A DNA stretch of 64,000 nucleotides from Trichoplax adhaerens (GCF_000150275.1 NW_002060943.1:8254066-8318065), one strand, 5' to 3'. Positions 28,235-41,973 are shown, counted from the stretch's first letter. Notes: generated by a model from the letters alone, not told the origin. Made by a program: numbers and translations.

Positions 28235-31200
28235 CTAAACTACGATATCATAAAATATTCCAGCAATTTTATATCTTATTAAAAAGGCCAATCCGGAACA
28301 TAATACCTAAATTAAGAAATTATGGAAACAGACGGTAAGCCGATAAAGTTACTTCGATATTGCAAATGATTGTACACCGAAGTGCTCTTACTTGAATGAT
28401 TAAGAGGTATGTCGTTAGTACGGGTTCTCTCGTCGGTCCAATATATTTTAATAAAAGATTGATAATTGTTAAATTGTTGACCTGCATATATTCTTTACCC
28501 TCTCCGTTACTCTCTTCGACATGCAAAAGGCCAAAAAGACGAAACAATCTTAGACATAGACGACCAAGAAAATTTAAATCTTTGCTTTTAAAGTGGGCAA
28601 AGCTCATGCCGAGTAATCCTGTCTTAGGATTAAACCTGTTGTAATGATAGTTTTCATTCAATGAATTTTAATTTTATCAGAATAATAGCATTTGTTTTAA
28701 GAAAAATATGAAAGATTCGTACTTTGGAAGTCGATGTCTAGGACAGTGGACAAGCCCAAAGAGTTGTGGGCACGAATACAAGAAATTAAAGATTTGTGGG
28801 ATGAAAAATAGCAGCATGGTTTTGCTAAAGTGTCCTAGAATAGCGACCACTGCAAATGTCATTCCGGCAAAATAGCAAAACGTATCACCTACAAAAACTC
28901 TTGAAGGATACCTAATGCGTAATAAGAAAAAGATTAGTTTTAACTTCATTTCATGGCTATCGCCATTTCAAATTAGGTTAGTACGATCATTAATGATTAC
29001 AATATATTTTAACGCTGTCTTATGATGATTTATATGATTACCAGTTATGAAAGAGAAGCGCAGCAGTGACTGCACAAAAGGGCATGATAAAATAAAGTGA
29101 GAAACGATGCGCATCAGGGGATGCTCCATTAAGTTCAATGATATTAAAAGTCATTACAGAAAGTCCAATAACTAATGATTGGCCAGCTTCAATACCATTA
29201 ATTCCGGCATATATATTAATAGCATTGGTGCAAAAGACGGCCAGCATACCCATATAGACGTAGTAAAGGAAGCCTATTGATACATGTAAAAGTATGTTCA
29301 ATTGATAGCTAAAAATAGGGTGTCCAATAAAAGATTTGTCTAATAAAGTATAGCCCCTAAATTGACTAAAGTGTAATCTTATTTATGCAATAGAAGAATG
29401 CAACTAGCGGCAATGTCTATTTCTTTGATTTTGTAGACAACTGAAAACGCTGTAACACTATGCAATACAGTTTGACTTTCAGAATTACCTAAATTCAAAT
29501 CATTCCCAACGTAAGCGTGCAAAATCTTGGGAACAATGATAGTTGTAGATCCAAAATTGACTAAATAGACCATTAGAAGTGGTAGTGAAGCAATAGTTGG
29601 TAAAATGAGCTTATGACGCCATCTAAGATTGAGAACATCATCAGAGAAGCCAAGCAGAATCATACAACAAATAGATAGTAGAGCAGAAATATGCTCCACA
29701 AACTGAAAGAGATGAATACAAAGTGTAATGTTAGCTGCAATTTGACATCATCCATTGTTGTTTCTCGAAGAGTTTTAATTAGAAATGAATATCGTTTTAT
29801 CTTTGTTTGTTATTATCCATGCAATGATGCGTATATGTCTACAGTATACGCGTATTTTGTAATTATAATGGTGCTACAGTAGATGATGTAAGGCTAAAAC
29901 AGGATTAGCAAATGGTTAGCAATACTGTATATCATACCAAGAGATTAGGAATAGCAAGTTTATGTGTGTTAAACATAAATAACTTCATACAGTATACTAT
30001 AAGGTTTAATGTAAGATTATTATCCTTTATTTAGTCACAGCCTCCTATTAGATGCTTCAAGATTTATTCGAGAATAGTCGATTTCTTAGTAATATGATAT
30101 GATTGTAGTAGTAAGGCTTAATTGGTTGCTACTGTTACTTACACAGCCTAATGTATGTATTACAATATGAAAATTTATCGGAGAAGAGTCGATTTTGAGA
30201 AATACAATCCTAGAAGATTTAATTAATTATTATTATTGCTATTTATAGAGTATAGCCTAAGATAGGTAGTTACCGGTGAATCGATTTTAAAGTATATAAT
30301 CCTAATAAGGATTCACTAGTTATTCTTCTTACTTATTGATACAGTCTAATACACTATAGTATGTTGATCGCTTGAGAATAGTTGATTTTGAAAAACTAGA
30401 ATCACAACAAGATTTAATTCAGTTGTTGTTATTGACCAAAGTTTCTCCTAATATGCAACAATATTTTTATGGGAATAATGGATTTTTAAGAAAGACAATC
30501 CTACTAAGATTACATGGCCCACCTCTTGCTATTTACCGATGTACAATTGAAAATATTATAACATGGCATTGATTGAGAATAGTCGATTTTTGAGAGATAT
30601 TATTCTGATTGTACTACACGTCTACCTACAGTCGACATTACCATACTAACCTCATGATGTGGAAATGTGTATTTTCCTCGCTCCAGCCATAATGCAATGT
30701 AAGGAATGGGAATAAAAATGAATACTGTAATGAGGAAAGCACAGCCACATACAACACCGAGTGATTCCGCTCTATGAAGAAATAGCATGAAATAGCAACG
30801 ATTAGATAGAATTTGTATGTGTCAGTATCGCTATCATAGAGTAGAATTAGGCGTATCTTCCTGTCAATTTCTAGTCGTTGATTTGTGCTAAAGTATTGCA
30901 AGTCTGCACTCCGTACAGTAGGTTGATTCAAGCTTAGAAATAACAGGAAATGAATTTCTATCTGCAACACAGGCTATCGCATTTTAGTCTGGACAATTCA
31001 ATAATGAAAATATCGAGTTATTGCTGTCCATCACTTGCAGTGATGGAAAGGATATGCCTATGGTGCGTTATTTTCCACCTGCAGCGTCGATCATGAAGGC
31101 CTGGCTACCCTACGATGGTCTCCAGTAGTGACGCGTTGTAGTACTTACACTTTCTCATCGGAAGTTTTATTCAGATCGCGTCCATGAAGGCCAGCTTGGA

Positions 31201-31300
31201 TGAATAATCGCCTAGCACCAGGGATCGAAATGACAGTGGTTATCAAAGCAATGACTGATGCAAAAGCATTAATGATGATAGGATCCGGTACATCGATCAT
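28235..31300 (-). CDS. DPAGT1: UDP-GlcNAc:dolichyl-phosphate GlcNAc-1-phosphotransferase (ALG7/DPAGT1), 7 exons
   Basis: Exons 31300-31149, 30771-30651, 29702-29489, 29273-29042, 28911-28723, 28635-28392, 28306-28235 splice in frame. Motifs [72 protein letters not shown]. Confidence 0.96.
30070..30600. repeat. Degenerate tandem repeat (~100-bp period, ~6 copies) in DPAGT1 intron 2
   Basis: Core GAGAATAGTCGATTTT(..)AATCCTA-like motif recurs near 30070, 30181, 30276, 30375, 30471 and 30575. Confidence 0.6.
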
Positions 31301-32866
31301 GTTAGATGCTAGTAGAGCCTGCAAGGGCGCATAACTTGGATTAGAGCTTTCTTGTCCAGCTTTGCCGAGGTCAATCAATCGAGTTACAGTACAATCCTTG
31401 GTGTTTTACAGTGTACAGTACGCGCCTCCACAGTCTCTGTACTGTAAGATCCAACTGCTTTAGTAAGCGCTTTTTATAGCCGATGGTTGGTTTGACTCTA
31501 CTACCGTATCCTACTGTCTGAGTATGTCTACTTGTATAGGAGGTTAGGACGAACTAGCGTCCACCACCGTCGCTCTACGCTGTTGGCGAATGGCAATGAT
31601 CCACGTATCAAGTCTATCTAAAATGATCATGGATTGCATCATCGATTGAGATGAATATGGTCGATATTCGAGCTGTAGTAGTCGTATCCACTTGTACGAT
31701 GGATTTATAGAATGTCTTCGATTAAAATATGAGGCCTTAACTGGTCATCCATGGTCTCCAATTGCGCCAATCAGACAGTGTTAAATATTAGTTGCAGTTG
31801 AACTGACCCAGTGTAGCTCCACTGAAGGTAGCAAGTCATGGAGAGTGTGTTGAAGTATTTTTACTTGGTACTGTAGAAACTAGAAAGTATTGGTTTGGCA
31901 TGGTTATAGCGCTAGAGTGGCTACTTCAATGTAAAATTGAATTACGGATATAGAATCTTAAAGTCCACAGCTCTCTGTACATATTAAAAGCATGCGTTTG
32001 CGATTTATTTTGTACAAATTGATGCAGAAATTGTAATATCGAATGTATCAAATCGCGTCGTACAGTAGTGTACAACACAGTACAGCTCGCGGGATAACAT
32101 GACAGTGGTGCTGTGACATGGGAGAATTTGCGGAGCATTTTCAAATTGTATTACGTTAGATTGGAACTACTTTTTATAAATAAGAAGACGGCTTGAATTC
32201 GAAATCTCAAAGTCTACAGCTATCTGTACATATTAAAAGCATGCATTTGCGATTTATTTTGTTCAAATTGATGCCAAAATTGTAATATCGAATGTATCAA
32301 ATCGCGTCGTACAGTAGTGTACACTTGCACACAGGACACTCTTGTACCTTAGATTGGAACTACTTTTTATAAATGAGAAGACAGCTTGAATTCGAAAAGA
32401 AACATGCGCCTGAGAACATCGAGAGAGCAACAGAAGAATCCATTAGCATTTCTACTAGTGTGCAGTATATTGTAGGCAAGTGAAAAGAAGATTAGGAAGG
32501 ACAACTGTATGGACTACAGGTCAATAAGCTACTACAGTATTTCTTTCTTCCTTTTACTGTAGTTTTAGTACTGTACACTGTGGGTACAGACAGACAGTCA
32601 GAAACTGTCCATCTTTCTTGCCTTTGAGATGTCTTCTCTGGGAGGACCTGATACAAAATGCTCTACCTTATGACCGCAATCAGTGTGCTTATAGCAAGTG
32701 TCGTAGTTGGTATGATACCCTAGTGAAGTACTCGTGCAGTTAAGCCAGCTGATCAGACTTTTCCAGCCCAGCGAGCAAGTTCATCAGCTGCTCGAAGGTG
32801 CATGCTGCAATCCAACCTTTCTATTTTCTACTCCAACTTATTGTAGCGATATCTCCTTCTATCAAC
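31301..32866. promoter_or_regulatory. Divergent (head-to-head) promoter region of DPAGT1 and MRPL9
   Basis: Lies between the DPAGT1 ATG (31300, -) and the MRPL9 ATG (32867, +); rich in TACAGTA/TACTGTA; contains a direct duplication. Confidence 0.6.
31960..32397. repeat. Imperfect direct duplication (two copies ~250 bp apart)
   Basis: AAGTC(C/T)ACAGCT..CTGTACATATTAAAAGCATGC...AATCGCGTCGTACAGTAGTGTACA...TTAGATTGGAACTACTTTTTATAAAT..GCTTGAATTCGAAA at ~31960-32204 and ~32209-32397; the second copy has a shortened middle. Confidence 0.85.
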
Positions 32867-34520
32867 ATGATCTCTGCCATTTGTAAAAGTTATAATACCT
32901 TCTTCAAGCTTGGCTGTAATTTTTGCCAACGGTCATCGGGTGTTAACGTCTCCAATGTTACGGTAAAGTAAATTATTTCACACGATGATCTTTCAAGGCA
33001 TGCATACTTACTCGTACGATCGGATGCAGAAATCAATACCTTGGTCATTGACATCGATCTATCCCTATTCTAGTTCATGTCCACAGGTTATTTTGCAATG
33101 AAGAAGAAAGAACGGATGAGAAAGAATCTGTTAGGAATCGGCAAGAAAAAAAGAGATAGCGGACTCATATTTGTGGTGCTAAAGAAAGCAGTCGAAGGTA
33201 ATGCTGTTGTTGTAGATAAGTAGATCAGTATAGTGCTTTACTTAAACAGTTACTCCTTGTCTTGATAAATTGATTATAATCAATTATTATTATTATTGAG
33301 ATAAAACGAATTCATAAGCATAACTCCTCTGATGATAGCGTATCTTACAGTATTACACCTTATTATCAGCGAAAATAGTAGCAAAGAGGTTATACGTATT
33401 CTAAATCTTTCCCTTTGTGATGATAAAAAGATATCGTAGTTCGTTCAGAATGCCTTCTAAAATTTACTTCTAGGCCTTAACTAGCTCTACTTCAATATTC
33501 AAACCAATATTAGCTATTCTTTACACGGAAATGAATGACGTTTCTCCCTGGTAATCTAAAGGATCTTAATCGTTTTGAATTGATATCACTTTTATTAAGG
33601 TTTAGGAAAGAAACATCAAGTAGTGCAAGTTAAACGTGGCTATGCTACCAACTTCTTAATACCAACCAGATCAGCTTTATATGCTACTCGCGAAAATCTT
33701 TTCAAATGTGGAATATCAATGGTGAGCTTTACAGCTGAATACAGTACAATTTAATACAGTATGATAGCCTTTGCCATACTGGCAGTATTAACTGTTAACG
33801 ATGCTGACATATTCCTTCAATGAATCATTGTTATTCGCCTCAATAGACTCCTCGCCGAGCCGCAATAGCAGCTCTGGATTTAACTAAGAACAAAAAATCT
33901 CCTACAGATAAAGTAAGCTGATATCCTTGTTCTCTAGTAGATCGTCTAGTGGTCACACAAATACATATCGCAATGACGTACAAATACACTCCTGTTGCAA
34001 ACATGTTGATTGAGTCCCAATTGAACACGATCAATCTACTTTTTTAACTAGTTATTAAAGTACTTAGCCCAAAAACCATTGGAAATTGAAGTTTCTCGTG
34101 ATGCAGATTGGACTATCAATAAATATGTAGTAGCTCAAGAGTACCAGCGTAAGGTAATGAAATAATCCCCTTGAACTATTTTTACTGCTATACTGCTATA
34201 CTGATAGTACTTTAGTAAAATAACGGCTGCAAACACTAAATACTACTACTATGAACTCAGCTTCAGTTGCACGTACCATTGCAATCATTGGTAATGCCTC
34301 AGCCATTTCAAACGTTTGGCTTACACGAAGTTAAAATCAAGGTAGGCTTTGAATTTTTTACCTTTGTTTTGCTTTGCGCAGTTAGAAACATATTGTCATC
34401 AAATACTAAATTAATAACTTTCAATAGGTTAATGATAAAGTTGGATTAGTTCCAGTAAAGGTGAACATTGTTAAACATGTCCCCAAAACCAAGCAAACAG
34501 AAGAAACTACCGCATCTTAA
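32867..34520 (+). CDS. MRPL9: Mitochondrial ribosomal protein L9 (bL9m), 7 exons
   Basis: Exons 32867-32962 (transit-peptide-like), 33074-33197, 33600-33721, 33847-33912, ~34052-34153, 34261-34341, 34428-34520. L9 N-domain IFVVLKKAVEGLGKKHQVVQVKRGYATNFLIP; mito-type C-domain LEIEVSRDADWTINKYVVAQ; stop TAA ends at 34520. Confidence 0.9.
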
Positions 34521-35533
34521 AGGATCATATTTATATTAGTAATTTCGCAACGCTATTTTTGGGGGAGGACAGTATGTGCAGAACAAAATATCGTGTACAT
34601 GTATAATATGATGGTTTCCAGTGATATACAGTATGGCGAATAGTGACTACTTTAGAATGTGAGGTCACTGCCGAGGTTCTTGCCGAGAAAAAATAATGAA
34701 ATCAAAAGAAACTAATTCATTACAAAGTATAACGCTCGAAGAATCAATGCAAATACATCAACACTTTTTGAGTTTAAGGTTATATGGTAAAGGGAATAAT
34801 TTTGCCTTTTATCAATAGTGCCTGGATGGAAATTGCTGTAGAGACACTATCAATAACGAACGAACATATAAATTGCTATGGAAAATGTGACTGACTTTTA
34901 AAATATATATTTAAAGTTCAATTTTATCATGACATCAATGTAGATATTGCTTCGCTAAATCACATAAATTTAAGCAGAGTACTCATTCAGTTGTAATTAT
35001 TTCACAATTCATGCAATCGTAAGCAAGTCAGACATTCAATAAATTCTACTTTGTATTCCAAGGATCTTCTCATAAAAGTGTACTTAAAAAGTTCTTAATG
35101 TATACAATAGTGTACCAAAATTTTGAATACTTGTACACGGTTGTGTTGATACCATGGACTAGTAGGACCCTCTTCTAGTAGTCCATAATTGATACGTATG
35201 CAAGTATGCCATATTACACAGGTAAGGCAACTTGCAAGAAAATATTATTCCAACGATTACGGCAATCTGCCGGCATAAAATAAGTATTTCGGACAGTAGC
35301 AAATTACGGCATATTTATTTGACTAGATATCCGATAGATATATTAGTAGACTTGAATGCAAAACAGTACCTGATCGCTGCCTATAGTTATAGTCGTTTCA
35401 TCTACAGTAACAATAGTGCAGTAACAAATCTTAACAAAACAGCAAAAATTTCATATTTTCCAATTAGCAAGCTATTTCTTTTAAATTCATCAGTAAATTT
35501 CACTGATTTAAAATAGTTTACATGAACTGATTT

Positions 35534-37940
35534 TCAGTTTTCGTCATCATCGTCATTGAACAACGTTCTCTTTCCTTGAAAAGCGCTAATAGCTGCTGTT
35601 TGCTGCTTTTTTAACTTACTTGCAGCCCAAGACGGATGCAAATTAGAAGATTCTGAGAAAAAGCATAAAAAATAGTATCTACCAACTTCTTGCAATGGAA
35701 AGCAACATGTTGATAAGCATGCAGTACCTTGGTTGCTAGCAGTTTCTACTTTTTTGATTCTTTTCTTATCCTCACGAGGAACGTTTTTTATTTTATTCGA
35801 CTTATTTTGCTTTTTCAAACATTTCGCTTCCTTTCCATACTTTTCAATCCACAGTCTAAATAGAATGGATATTTACCATAAATTTCAGTAACAAGAGTTC
35901 ACGTATAATATCACAGAAATGATATTAACACACAGAATAATCCAGTATTGCTACATTCCTTAGTATTTATGATATTCTGCTAAATAGACTTACTGTTGTC
36001 TTTGACGTTGCCCTAATCTATTCTTTTTCTTATCACCCTGTTTTAATATTTGACTTTTATTAAGTATGACGTAATTAAAGATATATTCGTATATACTACA
36101 ATAATTTACTAAAATAAGGATTAAACTACTCCTTACAATTTCTGATGAATCACTATTTAGTGCGGAAGTATATACAGATTTTAAAGCCTTATTTTTATTG
36201 CCAATATCTGAGAATTTTCTTGACTCCAATTTCTGACTATTCTTAGATTGCTTGCTAGATTTTACATCGGTTTGTCGAGCAGAAATATTTCTTTTGCTGG
36301 AATCCGATAGAAAATGTGTACAGTTTTCAAATATATTCTGTGACAATCTTAATATCTTTGTTGACCTACCTGCCCATGTTGGAGTGTTTCCGTGTTTTTC
36401 TTGTAATTGCATCTATAGTGAAATAAATATCATTACTTTACAATCATTCAATACGATGCATTGAATGTAGAATTCGAATAATTGAAAATAATTCAAATAT
36501 TGCATCGCGTTATGAACTATTGTACATACAAAAGTAAGATATTTTGCGGTTACTAGATGAAATTAAACAGCCCAAGATAAATTTTTGACTGCGATGAATG
36601 ACGACTTTGATTATGATTGTAAATTAATTTAATTGAAAGAGTCACCAAACGAGTATAGGACATTTCATGATTGATACTACCTCAAAACTTTATCACTATA
36701 TCTATGCTAGTCAGGTTGGGTGTTAAAACACGGTACGGCTAGGGATAGCATTAATCCGCGTTTATATGCAATACTAATGACGACAGACAAGGTTGCTTCC
36801 AGCTATATTTGAAATCTGACAAGATAACTATAAAATCGCTTAACTTATACCTAAAAGACGGTATGGCTAGGGATAGCATTGATCCGCGTTTATATGCAAT
36901 ACTAATAATATAACGACAGACAAGGTTGCTTCCACCTACAGTATGTTTAAAATCTGACAAGATAACTATAAAATCGTTTAATTTATACCTAACTCTTTGT
37001 TACTTTATTGACATGACTACTACCTCGCCGGCGACTTATCTACGCCACTGTAACCCTTCATAGCTAAATATTGTATTCCTTGCTTTGCAATCACATAGAG
37101 TACACCAAGGTGAAATAACATACCTTGGCGATAGACGTCCTGTATTGGTTTTGAATTTACTAATCGCTGCAATAGTCTACTTCTAGTCATATCGTCGTCC
37201 TAAAGAGATTGAAAACTTTTATATTCTGTATTGAATATGATTGATATAGTGTAAAATAATGTAGTTGGTGATTTGCCCATTGGCTATAATGTAAAACTTA
37301 CTTGTTTGTCAACATCGTCATCTAATATTGCCGTTACAACATGGTCTGGATCAAAATCCTAAGCAATCAAAATTTCATCAAGATGGCAATAAGTCAAACA
37401 TTTCATCATACAATTGATTGGCTGTATTTATTGAACGTCATCGAAGCATCTACAGTTAGAATTCACCGAGTGTCTTCCATTGCATTAACTAATCTGCTTG
37501 CAATCGATTTCTCGTCACTAATTTGAATTATCCTAATACTAACTTTTATGATGTCCATGTGATTGACTAAGTTATTGGCTTTACGTTGATTCTTCTGCAG
37601 TTGTTCCTCGGTACCTCTATGATGATAAGAAAGATTTTGTTGAAATAATATAAGCAAGCCTATTGAATACTCATAATGATGCAAGTCCATGCCAAATCAT
37701 TATACTGTACAGCTGCAAAGACGATATAAACGTAAATTTATTCCAATAGAATCAATGATTTCTGCAGTATAAGTTACCCAGTGATCTGCATGTCTATCAG
37801 AAATACTCACTACACATCTTTACTTACTTTTTGGCTTTTAATTGTTTCATCTTCCGTGTCAATCGATGAATCTCGTGTACCTTGGCTAATTTAATAGCTC
37901 TAGTTAACTTCTTTCGATCAATACTGTTCGATGCTGACAT
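35534..37940 (-). CDS. SRFBP1: Serum response factor-binding protein 1 / BUD22-family nucleolar protein, multi-exon (middle exon boundaries only partly resolved)
   Basis: Exon 1 37940-37828 MSASNSIDRKKLTRAIKLAKVHEIHRLTRKMKQLKAK; exon 37616-37544 GTEEQLQKNQRKANNL; exon 37358-37302 DFDPDHVV. BUD22-type KKKNRLGQRQRQ, LWIEKYG and C-terminal LHPSWAAS..AFQGKRTLFNDD; stop at 35534. Confidence 0.88.
36730..36992. repeat. Tandem duplication (~125-135-bp unit x2) in an SRFBP1 intron
   Basis: ACGGTA(C/T)GGCTAGGGATAGCATT.ATCCGCGTTTATATGCAATACTAAT...GACAAGGTTGCTTCCA...AAATCTGACAAGATAACTATAAAATCG..TTATACCTAA at ~36730 and ~36858. Confidence 0.9.
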
Positions 37941-38693
37941 TTTATGATCTCGTACTGCCAGTGGAAAAACGGTAGACAAGGCGTCGGATAAGTTGCCACC
38001 AAAGATTTTAGTAGTTGAACCTGATGAGGCTTTTAAAAGATATCAATGAGATATCAAATGCAATTTATTGTAGCAAAATAGTTGTGCAAGACGAATGGTT
38101 CAGCTCATTTTTTTTGCCTACATCGACGCGTATGTATTGCAATTAAGGAAGAAAACTTACCATAAAATGGAGATTATCGATATACAGTAATAATCCTATA
38201 GTTTGCCAACCGATATCTAACCTCTAATAAGACGATTCATAATATAAAACTGTATAATTAATCAACACTTGCAATGAATCCATGGCTTGCTCCTTGGCCA
38301 AGAGGAGGAACAAGTCTCCAGTAACTCATTGTCGAGGGATATTGGCAGAGTTTCAGTAGTCCTGTGTGCCAAACACTTAGATCGGATTACAATCACGTAC
38401 TATGCATGTACTCATATAGCACTTTATTGCCTAGTGAAAAGTACTATAATACTGTATTCAGTTGTAGTCCACTATTATCATGAATATCATCGAAAATCGC
38501 GATCCTATAGCAGCCTCTACAAAATGTACCCTTGAACAGTAGAGTGAACCAAACAGGACTATAAATGCAAGTGTACTCATTGAAACTACGTCGTGAAATA
38601 AACTTCATACCAGAAAGCACCTGCTCTTTTTTTTCTTGTAATCCCCAACTCAAAATAAGAAATTCAATTTAACTTTTGCAGTTTATCCCTATG

Positions 38694-40108
38694 CAGCTAC
38701 AAAAAGTTCACTAGTATTTTCCGGTAAACACCCTACAGTCAAATTTAGTGCTCTCCTTTTACCTGTGATAAATTTTAATTAGTAAATCAAGGACTCATAT
38801 ACCATATCTGACACAATTTATGCCCATAGGCAGCAATGTTGGATCGCAGTCTAAATCCAAGATGGAGCTACAAAAACTTGACAAATATTTTCCAGTTAAC
38901 ACCCTACAGTCAAATTTAGTGCTCTCCTTTTACCTAAGATAAATTTTAATTATTAAATCAAGTTATATTAAATCAGGGACTCATATACTATATCTGACAC
39001 AATTTATGCCCATAGGTAGCAATGTTGGATCGCAGTCTAAATCCAAGATGGAGCTACAAAAACTTGACAAATATTTTCCGGTAAACACCCTACAGTCAAA
39101 TTTAGTGCTCTCCTTTTACCTGTGATAAATTTTAATTAGTAAATCAAGGACTCATATACCATATCTGATACAATTTATGCCCATAGGTAGCAATGTTGGA
39201 TCGTAGTCTAAATCCAAGATAGAGCTACAAAAAGTTCACTAGTACTTTCCGGTAAACACCTGCAGTCAAATTTAGTGCTCTCCTTTTACCTGTGATAAAT
39301 TTCAATTATTGAATCAAGAACTTGTATAGCGGATACAATTTGTGCAGATAGGTAGCAGTGTTGGATCGTAGTCTAAATTCAAGATGGAGCTACAAAACTT
39401 GACGAATATTTTCCAGTAAACACCTTACAGTCAAATTTAGTGCTATCATTTTACCCGTGATAAATTCCAATTATTAAATCAAGAATTCGTATAGCTGATA
39501 CAATTTGCGCAGCTAGGTAGCAGTGTTGAATCGTAGTCTAAATTCAAGATGGAGCTACAAAAACTTAACAAATATTTTCCAGTAAACACTCTACAGTCAA
39601 TTTAGTACTCTCATTTTGTCTATTGTAAATTCCAATTATTAAATCAAGGACTCGTATGCCATGTCTGAAACGATTGACAGGTAGTAGAATGATTCATTAA
39701 AAGTATGCTGACTTAGAAGGCAGTTCTCCAGTTCTTTTATTGCAATATGTAATAGCAAAGAATAGCATTTGAATTACTTCTAAATGAAGATCAGATAGAA
39801 CAGATAGGTAGCAATGTTAGATCGTAGTCTAAATCCAAGATGCATGGAGCTACAGAAAGTTAACTAGTATTTTCCGGTAAACACTCTACAGTCAAATTTA
39901 GTGCTCTCATTTTGTCCAGAGTAAATTCCAATTATTAAATCAACTATTCGTATGTCATGTCTGATACGAGTTGTAGGTAGTAGAATGATGCATTAAAAGT
40001 ATGCTAACTTAGAAGGCAGTTTTCCAGTTCTTTCATTCGATTACTGTAAATGAAAATTCAGATAGAACAGATAGGTAGCAATATTAGATCGTGACCTAAT
40101 TCCAATAT
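38694..40108. repeat. Satellite-like tandem repeat, 165-186-bp core unit, 7 copies (last two carry an extra block)
   Basis: GAGCTACA-anchored units start at 38694, 38865, 39051, 39222, 39387, 39552 and 39847. Shared core GTAAACACCCTACAGTCAAATTTAGTGCTCTC...AGGTAGCAATGTTGGATCG.AGTCTAAATCCAAGAT. Confidence 0.95.
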
Positions 40109-41696
40109 GTTACGTTAGAATATACTGTATCTAAGATCGATCAAGGATCGATATTTATTTTTGATGCCAGTTAGAGACTTGTAGCGCTTATTTTAGCATG
40201 ATGCATTGTATATTAGCATCAATCAAACAGAGACGATGCCAATCGGTGCTAGAGCATAATTCAAAGCACATTGCTTTGATAGGATATAGGAATAATCATC
40301 TTAAAGTAATTCGTTTCGAGAATAACACGCATAAATCTCCAAGTAAACGCATTGACCAATATTACCGTGGATCAGAATAGAATGTCGCCTTTCTGTTATG
40401 AAATCGGAATAATCATCTTTTTAGATGTCGAGATCCACCAAGAATGGATCGATTTTGTGCTAGCTTGCGACTTTTTATAATGCTTATTTCTATGGCAAGA
40501 TAGCTAAACATGATTGATCATGTGAATTTCGGCTACAGTAGGCAGTAGACGATATCTTGAGAAATATAACTGGCGTTGCAATTTTAACTAGTCATAGGAC
40601 AGCTACAACTAAGTGCAGCAGTGATCAAGAATTTTATCCTAATATTAATTATAGGACATGACTGATATTAGTTTGCGGTGCGGCCATAGGCAATGTGCAC
40701 GTATGTGTATTCTATTTTAAGGAATCATCCTACTATACTGATGGATTTAGTATTAGGCAGCTAAATCACAAGTTAATATGCGGTAACATAGAAAATCTTT
40801 TGGCGAATTGATATGATACAACATATCATACAGTCTATAACTTGGCATGGAATAATCTACGACTCACTTGGACAAAGAAACGAACAGGCCAATTCTTTAA
40901 CTCTCAAGTTTTCTATTTTAATTTAATTTTATTTTAGCCATTAATTAATCATTCGTGCGATACATTATCATGCTATTGTCAAATGTTACTCCATGGTAGA
41001 CAAAATTTTACAGACTTATTGACTACATATGTAAACAAAAGGGAATAGGATAGCAATTCAATAATTATTATAAATGTCACGATGGCGTTGGATAGATTAC
41101 TGTTGATTAGTCTGACCTAAACATGAACGAACTTAAAAATCCGAAGGTAACATGTAATCATTCATGTTTACAATCTTATAAAGGACGAGTTGAATAATAC
41201 AGTGTTTAATGATTAATACCAACAGAGATCGCCCACGATACAATCCAGTCCTCTTTATATTTACAATTGATTATGAAAGGTTTAAAAGTTTTTAATCCAT
41301 CCTTTCAATTGCCTTCCATGGGTAGGCTGGTCTTAATGAATTTGGTACAACATGCTATCATCGATTGATATAATTTCATGCCATAGTCGATCCTAGAATG
41401 CAATTGCTTGTCACTCCTTTTATTTCTTAATTATGCGTGCTATCCTAATTTTAAATGATTTATAGCACTCTTGCAATTATGATAATACCAACACAAATTC
41501 ATCAATTACTGGCGAGGACTAGAACCTATTTTAGTCTTAAAGGCTATATTATATAGCAATCATTCCGTGACGTGTAGCAGTACTTTTAAGTAGCAAAGGT
41601 AGAAGCTTTCGTCAATTATTAAAATCCTCCATCGATGCTAATTTCATTATGAAATTACTTTATTTTAAACTAAAGTAATTTAAAACAGTTGAACAT

Positions 41697-41973
41697 AGTT
41701 ACTTTTACTCTCCCAACTAGCAGAGCCAGCATTTTACACGATTGAATAAAGTTATTTTTTCTCTCTTAAATAGTACATCTAGCTAAAGAATTGTCTTGTC
41801 TAGTCACAAGCATTTATTAACTCCACACTTCTTTATTAAAATATTATTAAATTGACGTTTAACTGTAGTAACTTTTTAAAGATTAAATGTAGTTACGGGT
41901 TCTCTCTCCCAACTAATAAAGCTAGCTAAAGAATATATTTTAGTTTTATCTAGTTACAAACCTCTTTATTAAC
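41697..41973. repeat. Degenerate direct repeat pair
   Basis: TAGTTAC..CTCTCCCAACTA...AGCTAAAGAAT...TCTAGT.ACAA..TTTATTAACT at ~41697-41822 and ~41890-41973. Confidence 0.55.

Noticed and set aside
33074-33721. Bacterial rplI by horizontal transfer or contamination
   Set aside because: Six spliceosomal introns, an N-terminal extension and a mitochondrial-type C-domain indicate nuclear MRPL9.
38694-40108. CRISPR-like or coding repeat
   Set aside because: Whole units are homologous with no spacers, spacings include non-multiples of three, and there is no ORF.
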